In this document: positions 27,597-38,300 of the stretch, piece by piece | Position numbering within the stretch: the stretch's first letter is position 1 | How the letters are laid out: the number at the start of each line of letters is the position of its first letter | IMG/VR virus record: IMGVR_UViG_3300035696_001556 | Span: 64,001 to 128,000 of that record | DNA length: 64,000 nt | Source: a virus | Reading direction: 5' to 3' (one strand) | Notes under the pieces: model-generated | The model's database searches: none | Seen by the model: the letters and a program-made list of their open reading frames with translations, nothing else | Told to the model about the DNA's origin: nothing | Program-made: the position numbers and the translations under genes

Positions 27597-28709
27597 ATGC
27601 CAGTATTCACTCCATATCCAGCATCAATGCTCCAAGCATCTTATCCAGATATGTTTAATCCGGATTATTTACCTCCTGTTGAAGTTAAAGCTGATCCCGA
27701 TTCGGTAACTCCAGACCAAGCTCAGGAAGGCGCATATGAAGCATTGTCTTTGGAATCAAATCAAAGTTCGTATCTTTTGACTGTGAATGGTTTGACAGGA
27801 ACAGAAACAGATATACAAAGTATTAATGCAGGAACATTAAATAAATTTGGTTTAGGGCCGCAGACTGTATATACCATAGATCCCAATTCTATAAATGTTC
27901 CATCAGTAAGGGTTAATAATACTTCGGAACCTCCAAGAGAAATGACTAAGATAGAAGACATAACCTCTCCTCTGGATTTGTCAAACTATGAAGTACCTAA
28001 CACTTTGCACAAATATCCAGGTCTTCCTGTCTTTTTCGAAATGATAGACAGCAGCAACACTCCAAAAGGAATTTTTGTAAACAATAATTTTTATGTGGCA
28101 ACGTTAAAGCTGACCCCAAACCCAGAGAATATGATTATCAACTCTTCTAAAAAGATACAGCGTTTTAATACGTTATCAGGCTGGATAGAAGAGCATTGGG
28201 GAGACGAGATAGATACGGTAAGCTTTAGCGGTTCTACGTTTGCTTTGTTTGGATTAGACTATGGATTGACTAGCGAATTCAGGACTCAAACCGATGCATA
28301 TGCCTTTCTTAAGGAGCTGGTTCATCTTTATCAGCTTAATGGTTGCATATACCAGAACGCAGATGATTATGATGGTATTAATACAAATCCTGCAGTAGCG
28401 GAGTTTCTTAATAATAATCCGGATTTTGTGGGTAACCATCCACGAAAAGGTATGGTAAAAGAAAGGCTTTATTTGAGACTTAGCTATGATTATCTAACTC
28501 TTTTGGGAAGATTTGAAACTTTTGATATTATAGAAGACTCTAATAAGCCTTTTAGGTTCACTTATAACATCATCTTCAGGGCTGAAAGAACTTTTTATAC
28601 TTTAGACATGCTTCCAGGTCAAAGTGCGGGGAATCCGTCTGAAACTACATCTCTGCCTCCAAATTTAACCAATCAGCAACCGGGAACAACGGCAGTAATT
28701 CCACAATAG
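27597..28709 (+). CDS. Baseplate-tube junction / tube initiator-like protein 1
   Basis: PNPENMIINSSKKIQRFNTLSGWIEEHWGDEIDTVSFSGST...GRFETFDIIEDSNKPFRFTYNIIF. Follows the tape measure gene. Confidence 0.65.
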   Translation: MPVFTPYPASMLQASYPDMFNPDYLPPVEVKADPDSVTPDQAQEGAYEALSLESNQSSYLLTVNGLTGTETDIQSINAGTLNKFGLGPQTVYTIDPNSINVPSVRVNNTSEPPREMTKIEDITSPLDLSNYEVPNTLHKYPGLPVFFEMIDSSNTPKGIFVNNNFYVATLKLTPNPENMIINSSKKIQRFNTLSGWIEEHWGDEIDTVSFSGSTFALFGLDYGLTSEFRTQTDAYAFLKELVHLYQLNGCIYQNADDYDGINTNPAVAEFLNNNPDFVGNHPRKGMVKERLYLRLSYDYLTLLGRFETFDIIEDSNKPFRFTYNIIFRAERTFYTLDMLPGQSAGNPSETTSLPPNLTNQQPGTTAVIPQ

Positions 28710-28729
28710 GGACAAAATAGGGACAGGAT

Positions 28730-30370
28730 ATGGACGTCATAAAGGCACAAAATACAAGTGGTGTATATACCACTTTGACAGAGACTCGCAACGGTGGGGG
28801 TTTTGTTGTTCTGCCTTCAGCCGTCCCTGTTCCTTCCAATACGGACCAGACAGCGGTAAGACGTGTAACAGAAGTAAATAATTTTGAAATTTCTTTATAT
28901 AATCAACAATCAGATGATGAAGTAATAACTCTAGAATTTTTAATAAATCCCTCGGATGTAACGATAGGTCAGACTTTCGTAGCGCAGGACTCTTATACAA
29001 GAGAAGGGTGGTTATCGACACTATGGGGTAAAGGCCAGCCTACCATTTTGGCAAACGGTTCTACGGGAGCATTTTACTTGAATGGAGTAGGATTAACGGC
29101 GGTTAGTAGAGGACAGACAATGTCCTTCAGGAATTTTATCAGCATTATAGCCATTTTTAAAAATGGCGGTTATTACTATTTAAAAGGGGCTCAGAATAAA
29201 GATCTTTTTGGCGTAGATCGTGGACGGGTGATAAGTGTAATGGATTTGATAAAGATAAACTATGATGGTACAGAATACATAGGATCTTTTAACAACTTTA
29301 CCATAGAGGAGTCGGCAGAGAACCCTTTCAGATTTACGTTCAACTTTGAATTTGTTATTTCTGGTCTTAGAGGAGAAATGGTAGAAGGTCATTTGAAATT
29401 ATGCAAAAACGGTGTATGCAATAACATAGATGGAATACAAATTGAATCTTCGGGAGGTTTTGTATATACAGATATTATAAAAATAGATCCTAATTCTCAA
29501 GACATTAGACCACCTACTAATTTTAGTACAACAGGAGGTAGTGGGATATCATCTCCTGGTAAAACTAATGCTCCTGTGGTTCCAACTGCAGGAAGAATAA
29601 TTATACCAGCTGTTGCTAGAAGAGATGTTTCTGCTTTTACATCCGCTATAACCAACAACCCGGATGTAGAGATTCGTGGAGACCTTAATACAGAGAATGC
29701 TAGGTGTGCTAAAAAAAGTGTTGTTAGGTCATTTTCAGATAATATAGATCTTGATTCTATAGTTTCTAAGGCTGTAGCTACTCCGGGTTTAAATGTCGAT
29801 GCAGCGTCCATGACAACTTATTTACAAACTATTATGTCATTAGAGCAGAGCTCAACCAGCTTCAATAGTTATATGTCCACAGGTCAATCTTTTCCAACAA
29901 GTGGGGCAGGGGCATTAGGACCTACCCAGATAATGCCAAATACATATATCAGTATGCTTCAGAATAATCCTAAATTTATCAGTTATATGAAAAGTCAAGG
30001 ATATACTCCAGCACAGTGTGCAGGAGCTGTAGGGACTCATGCTGAGGGAGATGACTCGTCATATGGGGGTCAAACTTATCCTATTTACAGAGGAGGAATC
30101 CTGTCTACAGATCCTAAATTCAATGTGGCAGCATGCGCTTATTTAGTAGCTACCTATTATTCTAAACCCGTATCTGGTACAAATCCTATGGCAAACAATG
30201 TAGATATTGCAGGAAATACTGTAGTTGTAGCCGTAGCTCATAACGGTGGTCCTAAAACATTTTCAAATGGAAATAATGACTATTCATTGGCTGGTGAAGC
30301 AGCAACGTATGGTGCCACGGCTTATGCCTTGGTTACAACAACATGCTCTGGAAGCAATTTAAGTCCATAA
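28730..30370 (+). CDS. Tube initiator-like protein 2 fused to an SLT-type lytic transglycosylase
   Basis: N-half paralogous to 27597 (INPSDV...TREGWLSTLWG...GSFNNFTIEESAENPFRFTFNF). C-half carries SLEQS (catalytic Glu), GALGPTQIMPNT and AVAHNGGP. Confidence 0.72.
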   Translation: MDVIKAQNTSGVYTTLTETRNGGGFVVLPSAVPVPSNTDQTAVRRVTEVNNFEISLYNQQSDDEVITLEFLINPSDVTIGQTFVAQDSYTREGWLSTLWGKGQPTILANGSTGAFYLNGVGLTAVSRGQTMSFRNFISIIAIFKNGGYYYLKGAQNKDLFGVDRGRVISVMDLIKINYDGTEYIGSFNNFTIEESAENPFRFTFNFEFVISGLRGEMVEGHLKLCKNGVCNNIDGIQIESSGGFVYTDIIKIDPNSQDIRPPTNFSTTGGSGISSPGKTNAPVVPTAGRIIIPAVARRDVSAFTSAITNNPDVEIRGDLNTENARCAKKSVVRSFSDNIDLDSIVSKAVATPGLNVDAASMTTYLQTIMSLEQSSTSFNSYMSTGQSFPTSGAGALGPTQIMPNTYISMLQNNPKFISYMKSQGYTPAQCAGAVGTHAEGDDSSYGGQTYPIYRGGILSTDPKFNVAACAYLVATYYSKPVSGTNPMANNVDIAGNTVVVAVAHNGGPKTFSNGNNDYSLAGEAATYGATAYALVTTTCSGSNLSP

Positions 30371-30380
30371 ATGGAATACC

Positions 30381-32762
30381 ATGGCCATATTTGATTTAAA
30401 TGATTTTAATTATAGAAGGGTAATAAAACTAGCCCCAGATGCTTTTATTACTATTAACGGAGCTTTTGGAGGAAGAGTTATATCCCCAATAAACAAAGAT
30501 ACGGCACAAACTATAGATATTCAAGGAGGAGTAACTACCATAAACATAAATTCTTCTATAAACCCTCCGGCGTCTGGAAGAGCAACTATACAAATTATAG
30601 CTCCAGAATATACAGGGCTACATACAAGAAGTACAAGTAATAGTAGTGGTTATTGGATTACGTTGCCTAGTGGTGCCAAAGTCCCTTATTTTCTGCCCAT
30701 GCAAGAAGTACAAGTATTCATGAAAGGAAGATTTCTTTATACCGATAACAACCCAGTTTATTATAGAACTTTTTGGGGGTTTATCACCGATATTACAGAA
30801 GACTATAACTCTGGAATAACATCTTTAAGCTTACAGTGCGCTGATATGCTTACATGGTGGAAATATCAGAAACTGACTATCTCTCCGAACGAGTTTACAG
30901 CTGTATTTACTCAGGGTAATGTAGCGGACAATAACTTTCCGACATTGTTTAAATGGAGAAATCCTTGGCAGATAATTACTCAGCTTTTATACGAAACTCA
31001 AATGACTAGTTCGGATGGAAGTTCCACTTATAATTTTGTTTATCCTAAAATATCAAACACAGCAATGCCGCCTTATATGGATAATTTGCCTAATAAAGAT
31101 ATCGGAGTACTTGCATTAAGGATGTCAGAATATTGGCATAATCGTTTTAATTTCTTCGGTCAGAATATGCAAATTGAAATGTTTGGGTTGACCCATAAAA
31201 TAGATAATAAAGGTATAGATACGATACGAGCTACCATAGAGCAAGGTGTAGACATATTGAGTCCCAAATACAATCAGATGGTAGATCCGGACATAAGTTG
31301 GGATTATAATTTGTTGGCTAGGGTACAACCTTTTGGTGATTTTAATACATACGGAATGGGCGCGGAGTCCGTGGAATTGACAAAACTTGAAATAGCTCAA
31401 AAAGTTTGCGAACAGGCGCAGATGGAATTTTATGTCGATTTAAATGGTATAATAGTATTTAAACCTCCTTTCTACAATATGGACGTCACTAAAGGAGATA
31501 TTCCTTACTATGTCGTAGATTCAAAGGATGTTATCAACTACAGCTCATCGTTGAATACGGATAATATCTGTACCTATCTGGAGCTTACGGCTCCCCAACT
31601 TCAGCAAGCGCCTCAGGTAGTTGAACTTATAGGATTTCATATAGATTGGGAGATGATGCTTAGGTATGGGTTGAGATTCCAAAGAAATTACTGCCAATAC
31701 GGTAATGATTCAAAATCATTAAGTATGCTGGCTGCAGCGGAAATGACAAAAATAAATTCTGAAGCTACTAATGGACACGTATCAATACCTTTAAGACCGG
31801 AAATAAGGATGGGATATCCTGTCTACATAGTCCATAAAGATGTCTATTTTTACATATCTGGAATATCCCACAGTTTCAACTTTGGAGCCGCAGCTACGAC
31901 AGATCTTACTTTAACGGCAAAAAGAGATAGAATATATGATTATACAGGAGACTTGACTAAAAATTTATCAATGATTCCAGGAGTGCCGGGGAACATATCC
32001 GCACCTACCTCTCTGGGGACTGAAGCACTTCCAATGGGTTCTGGTGTAGGAAGAGTATTAAGAGGTTTCGTTCAAAAATTTGCTCCTCCAACTGGATCAG
32101 AAACAGATGTCATAAAAGCTTTAAATGCTGACGTAGACGCAATAGCTCTCGCAGATAAAAATTATGCAGATTTGGGTGCCATATCTGCGGAAAATTTCAA
32201 TGATCCAAATTTTGTTAAAAGTACAAATGCAAAAGAAAATTTCTTGAGGGTAACTCAAGCTAAAGCTGGGCCTCAGGTTGCCGGTCTCTATCAACTTGTT
32301 CCGGCAGAGGTGACCGCCCCGATAAGCGCTACAGTAATGAATAGCCCGATGTCTAACGCTTCCGGACCTCCATCTACAATCGTATCTAATCAACTTCTTA
32401 TGATAACTACGAATACCATACCCTATACGGATATTAAAGGTTACAGGCATATTGGAGCTTTTCCATATGGTGCTAATTTGGTTATGAGAAATCACGGATT
32501 CGATTCAACTGGAGGTAGTCCGAAAGAGGAGAGCCATGAAGTTGCTACCGTTATGACTACAGATCCTGAGCAAAGTAGTCCTACTCAGAATCCATCGGCA
32601 GTACCAGAATTGTCGGCATATACATATCCATTTTCTGCAATACCACCTGCTCTCCCAAATTGCACTTCTACACGTATAAATGTAGAAGCTATGACAGCCG
32701 ACCCAGGTGGGGCTCAAGCTCTTAGAAATGTATATTTAAAAAATCCGACTTTACCGCAATAG
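30381..32762 (+). CDS. Baseplate hub protein (gp27/gpD-like)
   Basis: FWGFITDITEDY...LQCAD; KLEIAQKVCEQAQMEFYVDLNGIIVFKPPFY; IPLRPEIRMGYPV...FYISGISHSF...TDLTL. Confidence 0.78.
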   Translation: MAIFDLNDFNYRRVIKLAPDAFITINGAFGGRVISPINKDTAQTIDIQGGVTTININSSINPPASGRATIQIIAPEYTGLHTRSTSNSSGYWITLPSGAKVPYFLPMQEVQVFMKGRFLYTDNNPVYYRTFWGFITDITEDYNSGITSLSLQCADMLTWWKYQKLTISPNEFTAVFTQGNVADNNFPTLFKWRNPWQIITQLLYETQMTSSDGSSTYNFVYPKISNTAMPPYMDNLPNKDIGVLALRMSEYWHNRFNFFGQNMQIEMFGLTHKIDNKGIDTIRATIEQGVDILSPKYNQMVDPDISWDYNLLARVQPFGDFNTYGMGAESVELTKLEIAQKVCEQAQMEFYVDLNGIIVFKPPFYNMDVTKGDIPYYVVDSKDVINYSSSLNTDNICTYLELTAPQLQQAPQVVELIGFHIDWEMMLRYGLRFQRNYCQYGNDSKSLSMLAAAEMTKINSEATNGHVSIPLRPEIRMGYPVYIVHKDVYFYISGISHSFNFGAAATTDLTLTAKRDRIYDYTGDLTKNLSMIPGVPGNISAPTSLGTEALPMGSGVGRVLRGFVQKFAPPTGSETDVIKALNADVDAIALADKNYADLGAISAENFNDPNFVKSTNAKENFLRVTQAKAGPQVAGLYQLVPAEVTAPISATVMNSPMSNASGPPSTIVSNQLLMITTNTIPYTDIKGYRHIGAFPYGANLVMRNHGFDSTGGSPKEESHEVATVMTTDPEQSSPTQNPSAVPELSAYTYPFSAIPPALPNCTSTRINVEAMTADPGGAQALRNVYLKNPTLPQ

Positions 32763-32769
32763 GTTAAAC

Positions 32770-34767
32770 ATGAATAACGGAATGTTAAATGCAGCAACTT
32801 ACAGGGGACCTAGAAGGCCAGAAGACCATTCAATTCCTATTGGTTTAAGGAAAAGGGATTCAACTCTTGTAAGAGCTAAAGTTAAATACGTGGATTTGGA
32901 ACGTTTGACTATGACTTGTGAAACCTTCTTCACCCACGAGATAATAATGGACATAGGTATTGCTATGCCATATGCGGGACCTATGAGCTTTATTTCTAGT
33001 GTGCCAGAAGAAAACTCAGTTGTAATTTTGGCGAAGGTTATGGAGACTTATTTCCCTATAGCATATCTGCCGACCTATTCTTTTGCTTTACAACAGGACT
33101 ATATAAAATCTTGGCCAGAATCTGTCCAAGCCAAAGACAATGACATTTTTTTCAAACATCGGAAGCTAAGACAAGGGGAATTAAATTTGGGATCTGCTCA
33201 AGGATCAGAGCTCTTTTTAAGCTATGATGCAATTCTGGAAAACGAGTACGGGGACAATATTATTATCCGTAATGCAGATCACTCTATTGTGTCTACATCT
33301 TTAATCAACAATATTTTCAGCAGTGGAGTGTGGATAAATGCTGGCGCTATACAGAGAAATATGTTGCCTGGACCTAATACTGACGATGGATATTTTGCCT
33401 ATCAGCATGTACTAAGAGACGGAAGAGTAGTATATCAACTTAAACCAGACAATAATACAGCTCTTAGTAAATACTATTCAGAATATCTTGTGGAGGTGGA
33501 AGATCAGGGCTCTGCAGAATTGCCCTCTAATAGTTCGAATGATGTATCTGATATAGATCCAAGAACTCCAGTGGCTGTATTCAGTCTTGGTAATTTTGTT
33601 GGGAACAACTCATCTTCAAAAAACTCTTATGGAAAATTATTGGGTTTGACTTTCTTTACCGCACACGATGCCCAAAATGGAGCTATGCAGTTTAAAAACC
33701 TTGTTAAAGATGAACCTGAAAAATACGGATTGGCTGCGACGATATATGCTCCTAATAAAAGCAACTATGAACAAGGAGCGATTTTTGCTATAGACAAAGA
33801 AGGACATTGTTATCAATATCTTCCTGCAGCTTCTGGTGGTGGAATAGGTAATGGTAGATCAATGTCCATTCTGGCTAGAGGTAATAAAAAAGAGATATGG
33901 GGAGCTGATTCGATACTTAATAATTCTTGGGATACCGTTCTGGAAGGTGGATTGAAGTGGAAGATAGGTAGTCATAACAGTAAGAACTATGATTTAAGAA
34001 ACACAAGCATGGATGTGGTGACCAATGGAAAAGTTTATTTCCAGTATGGTGACGCGACAACTCGATCTGTACGAGATTTTGATCAACCTGATAAGCTCGT
34101 CCAGAATATGGATAAATTCAGGAAGATAGAAAAAGTTGCTGGCAGTGAAAGAAAAGAAATAACCGGAACCAGGGAGACAATAGTCTCAGGTAATGATCAA
34201 TTTAGAATTAAGGGAATGAAAAGAGAGATCATATCCGGATTCTATAATTCCGTAGTCGGTGGAAACAGGAACGTAAGCGTAGGAGACACATACGCCCTTA
34301 AAGTAATTAATGAAGGCCAAGAAAGTTTCGGCAATAAAAAAATATCCTGTACGAAAGGCAATCACGAACTGACAATATTCAGTGTTGGAGATATAAAGGA
34401 GACCATAAACGTCTCTGGAGACAAAACTACAAATATAACGGCTGGGAATATTTCAGAAAACATAATTAGTCTCGGAGACAGAAGCTTTCAAACCTCGACC
34501 GGTAATTATAACGTCAACGTTCTGGCTGCAGGAAACATTACTCATAAGACGACAGCCGGAAATATAGTAGGACAGACGCAAGCAGGTCAAATGAATTTGA
34601 CAGCCAGTCTAGGTATGAACTTGGTTTCACAGACTTTTTCGAAAGTAGAAGGTTTGAAGATACAGCTTAAGACTCCAATACCTTTAGGTAAAATTGTGAC
34701 AAAGCTGACATCAACATGTTTTATAACCGGGGCAAATAGTCCTGGACATCCAATGCTGGACGGATAA
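32770..34767 (+). CDS. Baseplate central spike protein (gp5/gpV-like)
   Basis: N-terminal OB-fold-like region (AKVKYVD...SVPEENSVVIL) and C-terminal beta-helix octapeptide repeats (RKEITGTRETIVSGNDQFRIKGMKREIISG). Confidence 0.78.
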   Translation: MNNGMLNAATYRGPRRPEDHSIPIGLRKRDSTLVRAKVKYVDLERLTMTCETFFTHEIIMDIGIAMPYAGPMSFISSVPEENSVVILAKVMETYFPIAYLPTYSFALQQDYIKSWPESVQAKDNDIFFKHRKLRQGELNLGSAQGSELFLSYDAILENEYGDNIIIRNADHSIVSTSLINNIFSSGVWINAGAIQRNMLPGPNTDDGYFAYQHVLRDGRVVYQLKPDNNTALSKYYSEYLVEVEDQGSAELPSNSSNDVSDIDPRTPVAVFSLGNFVGNNSSSKNSYGKLLGLTFFTAHDAQNGAMQFKNLVKDEPEKYGLAATIYAPNKSNYEQGAIFAIDKEGHCYQYLPAASGGGIGNGRSMSILARGNKKEIWGADSILNNSWDTVLEGGLKWKIGSHNSKNYDLRNTSMDVVTNGKVYFQYGDATTRSVRDFDQPDKLVQNMDKFRKIEKVAGSERKEITGTRETIVSGNDQFRIKGMKREIISGFYNSVVGGNRNVSVGDTYALKVINEGQESFGNKKISCTKGNHELTIFSVGDIKETINVSGDKTTNITAGNISENIISLGDRSFQTSTGNYNVNVLAAGNITHKTTAGNIVGQTQAGQMNLTASLGMNLVSQTFSKVEGLKIQLKTPIPLGKIVTKLTSTCFITGANSPGHPMLDG

Positions 34768-34768
34768 C

Positions 34769-35380
34769 GTGCCTATATCTAATACATTGATAGCTAGTGC
34801 TATTAAAGGCTACATGGCTTTTGAAGGTTTCACCGGTAGAGATATGGGAAGCCTCGCAGATGCTATTGGTATCGGAGTCTTTAAGGATATTTGCACTCCA
34901 AGTATAACCTCTGGTTTAATGACTGGCACTGTAGGGCCTTTAGGAACAGCTACAAGCCTTTCCGTGGCTGGGATAGTACCTACGGCTATGAGCGGAATGA
35001 TGAAGGCTAAAGGGGCTCAGAATGGTTTTACAGGAAGGGATTTAAGTAAGCTTGCAGACGCAATATCTAATGGGGTGTGCGATGTTTTAATGACAATGGT
35101 ATTGACTGGAACAACAGTAGGTTTAGCAGTAGGAGGCGGTACAGCGAACTTCGTAGGATTAGATGAGAATGAGTTAAGCGCTGACATAAAATTGGCTTTG
35201 CCTGAATTCACGGGAAGGGATATACTTAATCTGACTGATATGATAGCCGCTGGGATAGTTATGCATTTAATGTCCTCCGCTGTTTTTACCGTAGTGGTGG
35301 TTGGAATTGTATCTCCAGTGCCCCCAGTAGGACCTATCGCTATAACAGGGATACCTATAGTTGTACCAGTTGTTAGCTAA
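34769..35380 (+). CDS. Three-repeat protein downstream of the spike (possible spike tip)
   Basis: GTG start 1 nt after the spike stop. Three FTGRD-x-x-x-L-x-D-x-I repeats. Confidence 0.7.
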   Translation: MPISNTLIASAIKGYMAFEGFTGRDMGSLADAIGIGVFKDICTPSITSGLMTGTVGPLGTATSLSVAGIVPTAMSGMMKAKGAQNGFTGRDLSKLADAISNGVCDVLMTMVLTGTTVGLAVGGGTANFVGLDENELSADIKLALPEFTGRDILNLTDMIAAGIVMHLMSSAVFTVVVVGIVSPVPPVGPIAITGIPIVVPVVS

Positions 35381-35391
35381 AAGGATATAAG

Positions 35392-38300
35392 ATGTCTTTC
35401 GAATTTTTTGAATTACAATCTATCGATTTAGAAAACACGGTAGTTAGAAATCCAAGGGTCGGTGCCAGAAACAGGCCTACATCCAGAACTATTGATATAG
35501 GCACTACTGGCCCAGGTGCAACCGGCGTTTATACTGGAGAGAGGGATGTCAATGTTGAATATCTTCTCCAGGGAGCAGTTAATGGAGATGTAATAAAAGC
35601 CAGTTCAGCTATTTTCGATAATCCTGCGGTAACGCCAGCATCATTAAGAGCTAGGGTCATAACAAATGTAACAGGCCTTAACGGATTACAGCCTGCTGAA
35701 ACTATAAATTATGGGGACATAATTCGTGCAGATGGTGATATGGCTTTCTATAGCATTACCGGGATGGGTTCCATTACGGGACAGGAAAGCTTTGGAACGG
35801 TAATATTTCTTAGCCAGGACAACACAACCGCTACAGGAGTCAACTCGCTTCAAGTACGAAAAATAAAACTGGATAGTACACATTTCGAGTATATCATAAA
35901 TCCTACAGGTCAAAATAATTTTTACTATGACGAGAAAAATAGAGACTGGGGTTACAGTGGCACGCAAGGATTTACAGGATGTGTTATAGCAGCTTCTACG
36001 GTACAAAGCTATTTCCAAGGTGACCCACTTACTTTTCAGTTCTATCCGTCTTATTGCAGTACTGCACCAGATGTCACTTCTGTGGACACAACAGCTATTG
36101 ACCCAAAGCAACCGTATGGCTTAAAAGTTCTTGACAACAAGCTGGCTATAGACACACCGTCCATTCATTTGAGCCCTGTGCCATATCCAGATGACGATGA
36201 GAATTTCAGAGTATATTGGGGTCCACAAAATAATTTGGAATTAAAGACCAAAGACATAGACTATACAGTTAATTACACTATAGATCCTGATTACACATCA
36301 GCAAAGCCCCCCTATAAAGACAGGAATGTAGCTTATGTAAAGTTTTTAAATCAGCTTAATGATACTACACAAGTAGATAGCATAGGCTTAGGTTTTCAGG
36401 GAGTATTTAATCTTCATCAGGATCCAAGCACTTCTGCTACCAAACAGCCGACAGCTATAACGAATATCTATCCTAATGCAAAAGGTTTGTCAATAGCTGG
36501 CTCTAATACAGAGTACATTGGAGAAATAGTCCGTGTTGGAGAAGAGGTTAAGCAAAAAAATTTTGACTATAACATAGAATATGACAACGGCATAATAAAC
36601 TTTATAAAGCATAACAGTCTTGAGCTTGATGTACCTAATGTCCTGTACAATCAAAAGCTGATCTGGGATGGTATAAGCGTTATAAAAGGAGTTGGCCTTA
36701 CTGGATTAGTTTCACCGGACAGAAGTGATTGTGTATTACCGTACGCTGTTTCAGGGCTCACCGGTATAGACGGTCCAGTTTTCTTTGAAGACATAGACGC
36801 GAACGATCTTATAGAAGGAACAGATTACATAATAGAATATACTAGCGGTGCCATCAAATTAACGAAACCGCTTAAAGGTAACGAATGCGTACTTGTCTCT
36901 TATTTTGTAGAAGGTGAAGCCGTTGTTAATGAGCCTCTGAATCTAAGCGTTTTGCGTACGGAAAAGTATCCAATCATTGAATCCTCTGTTACCATAAAGA
37001 AAACTTATTCTAATATAAGTACATTAACAAACGGGATCAATATCTTAGTTGAAGGTGTGGATTTCTCGGTATCTTATCTTACAGGCAAGATTACGCTTCT
37101 GAACCCTGCCATAGGCGAAAATATTAGTTCACTTCAAATAAGTTATACACCTTTCGCCCAAGTACAGTGTATCTTACAGCCGGTTCCGTCTGATGACACA
37201 AACTACAGAATTACTATCCTTGATGATGTAATGACCACAGTCGATCCTTTTAATCTGAAGTTTGAGATAGATAACCCAACAGTTTCTATCCCTGTAGTGG
37301 ATCCGTTTGGAGTTTCACCAACTACGTACAGCAGCTCTATCATCCCTGGCAGTGTCTTCTCTGTTAAAGCAATAGGCGAACCAGGATATGGATTTGATAA
37401 TCTTACTCCAGATCAAATGATAGCCATAGGAATGACCGGCTTAGAAATAATGGGATTGGCTACGCTTCTTGGAAAAACAGATGCTGAATTTTATGCATTA
37501 GGAATTACTGGCGTAATTAGTCTGGGTGTTACAGGAATACAGTATTACGATACTACAAATTATACTTATACTGATAGCACAAAATATCTGCAGCTTGATG
37601 GCACCGAAAACGCAAGTAAACCAAAGCCAGATATCAACGACATTATCACTGCCTCTTATACGTATGTGGCAGATGTGCTACCTTATACTCCAGTACAGAT
37701 TATTTATCCAGTGCTTGATCAGGATACCAACACTATCTTGATAGAAGGTTTCGATAAGACGGATATTATTTATTCTGGCATGACTTTCAGAATTGATAAC
37801 TCGGATCCCCAGAATACTTACTATTTCATTGTATCTTCCGTGACTTATGATGGTTTGAATACTTTAGTCACTCTGACAGGATCATTTTCAGAAGAGATTC
37901 GTAATCCGTCTTTTTATCTTTTTGATGACATTGTTGAATGGTATCCTTTACCAACAGGTTCTAGAGTGGACTCTACAGCAACTCTTGGATCAGATACAGT
38001 AACCATTAAAGGCAACGCCTTAGAATCTTTGAATTTGTTAAGACCTAAAACTTTGATGATGGTAGATAACACAAACATTTATGAAGTTATGACTACCACA
38101 GTAGTTGATAGTGAGACTTTGAACGTTAAGATATTCCCTAATCTCATGAATGAGTATCCAGGGAATATTCAGATATCCGAGCCTATATACCAAGTTGGGG
38201 ACACGACTGTTAATTCAGAGTATCCTATAATAACAGACCCACCTCATCCAGCTTTCACAATCAGATACATAGCCCCAGTTAATGCTATTTATGGATTTGC

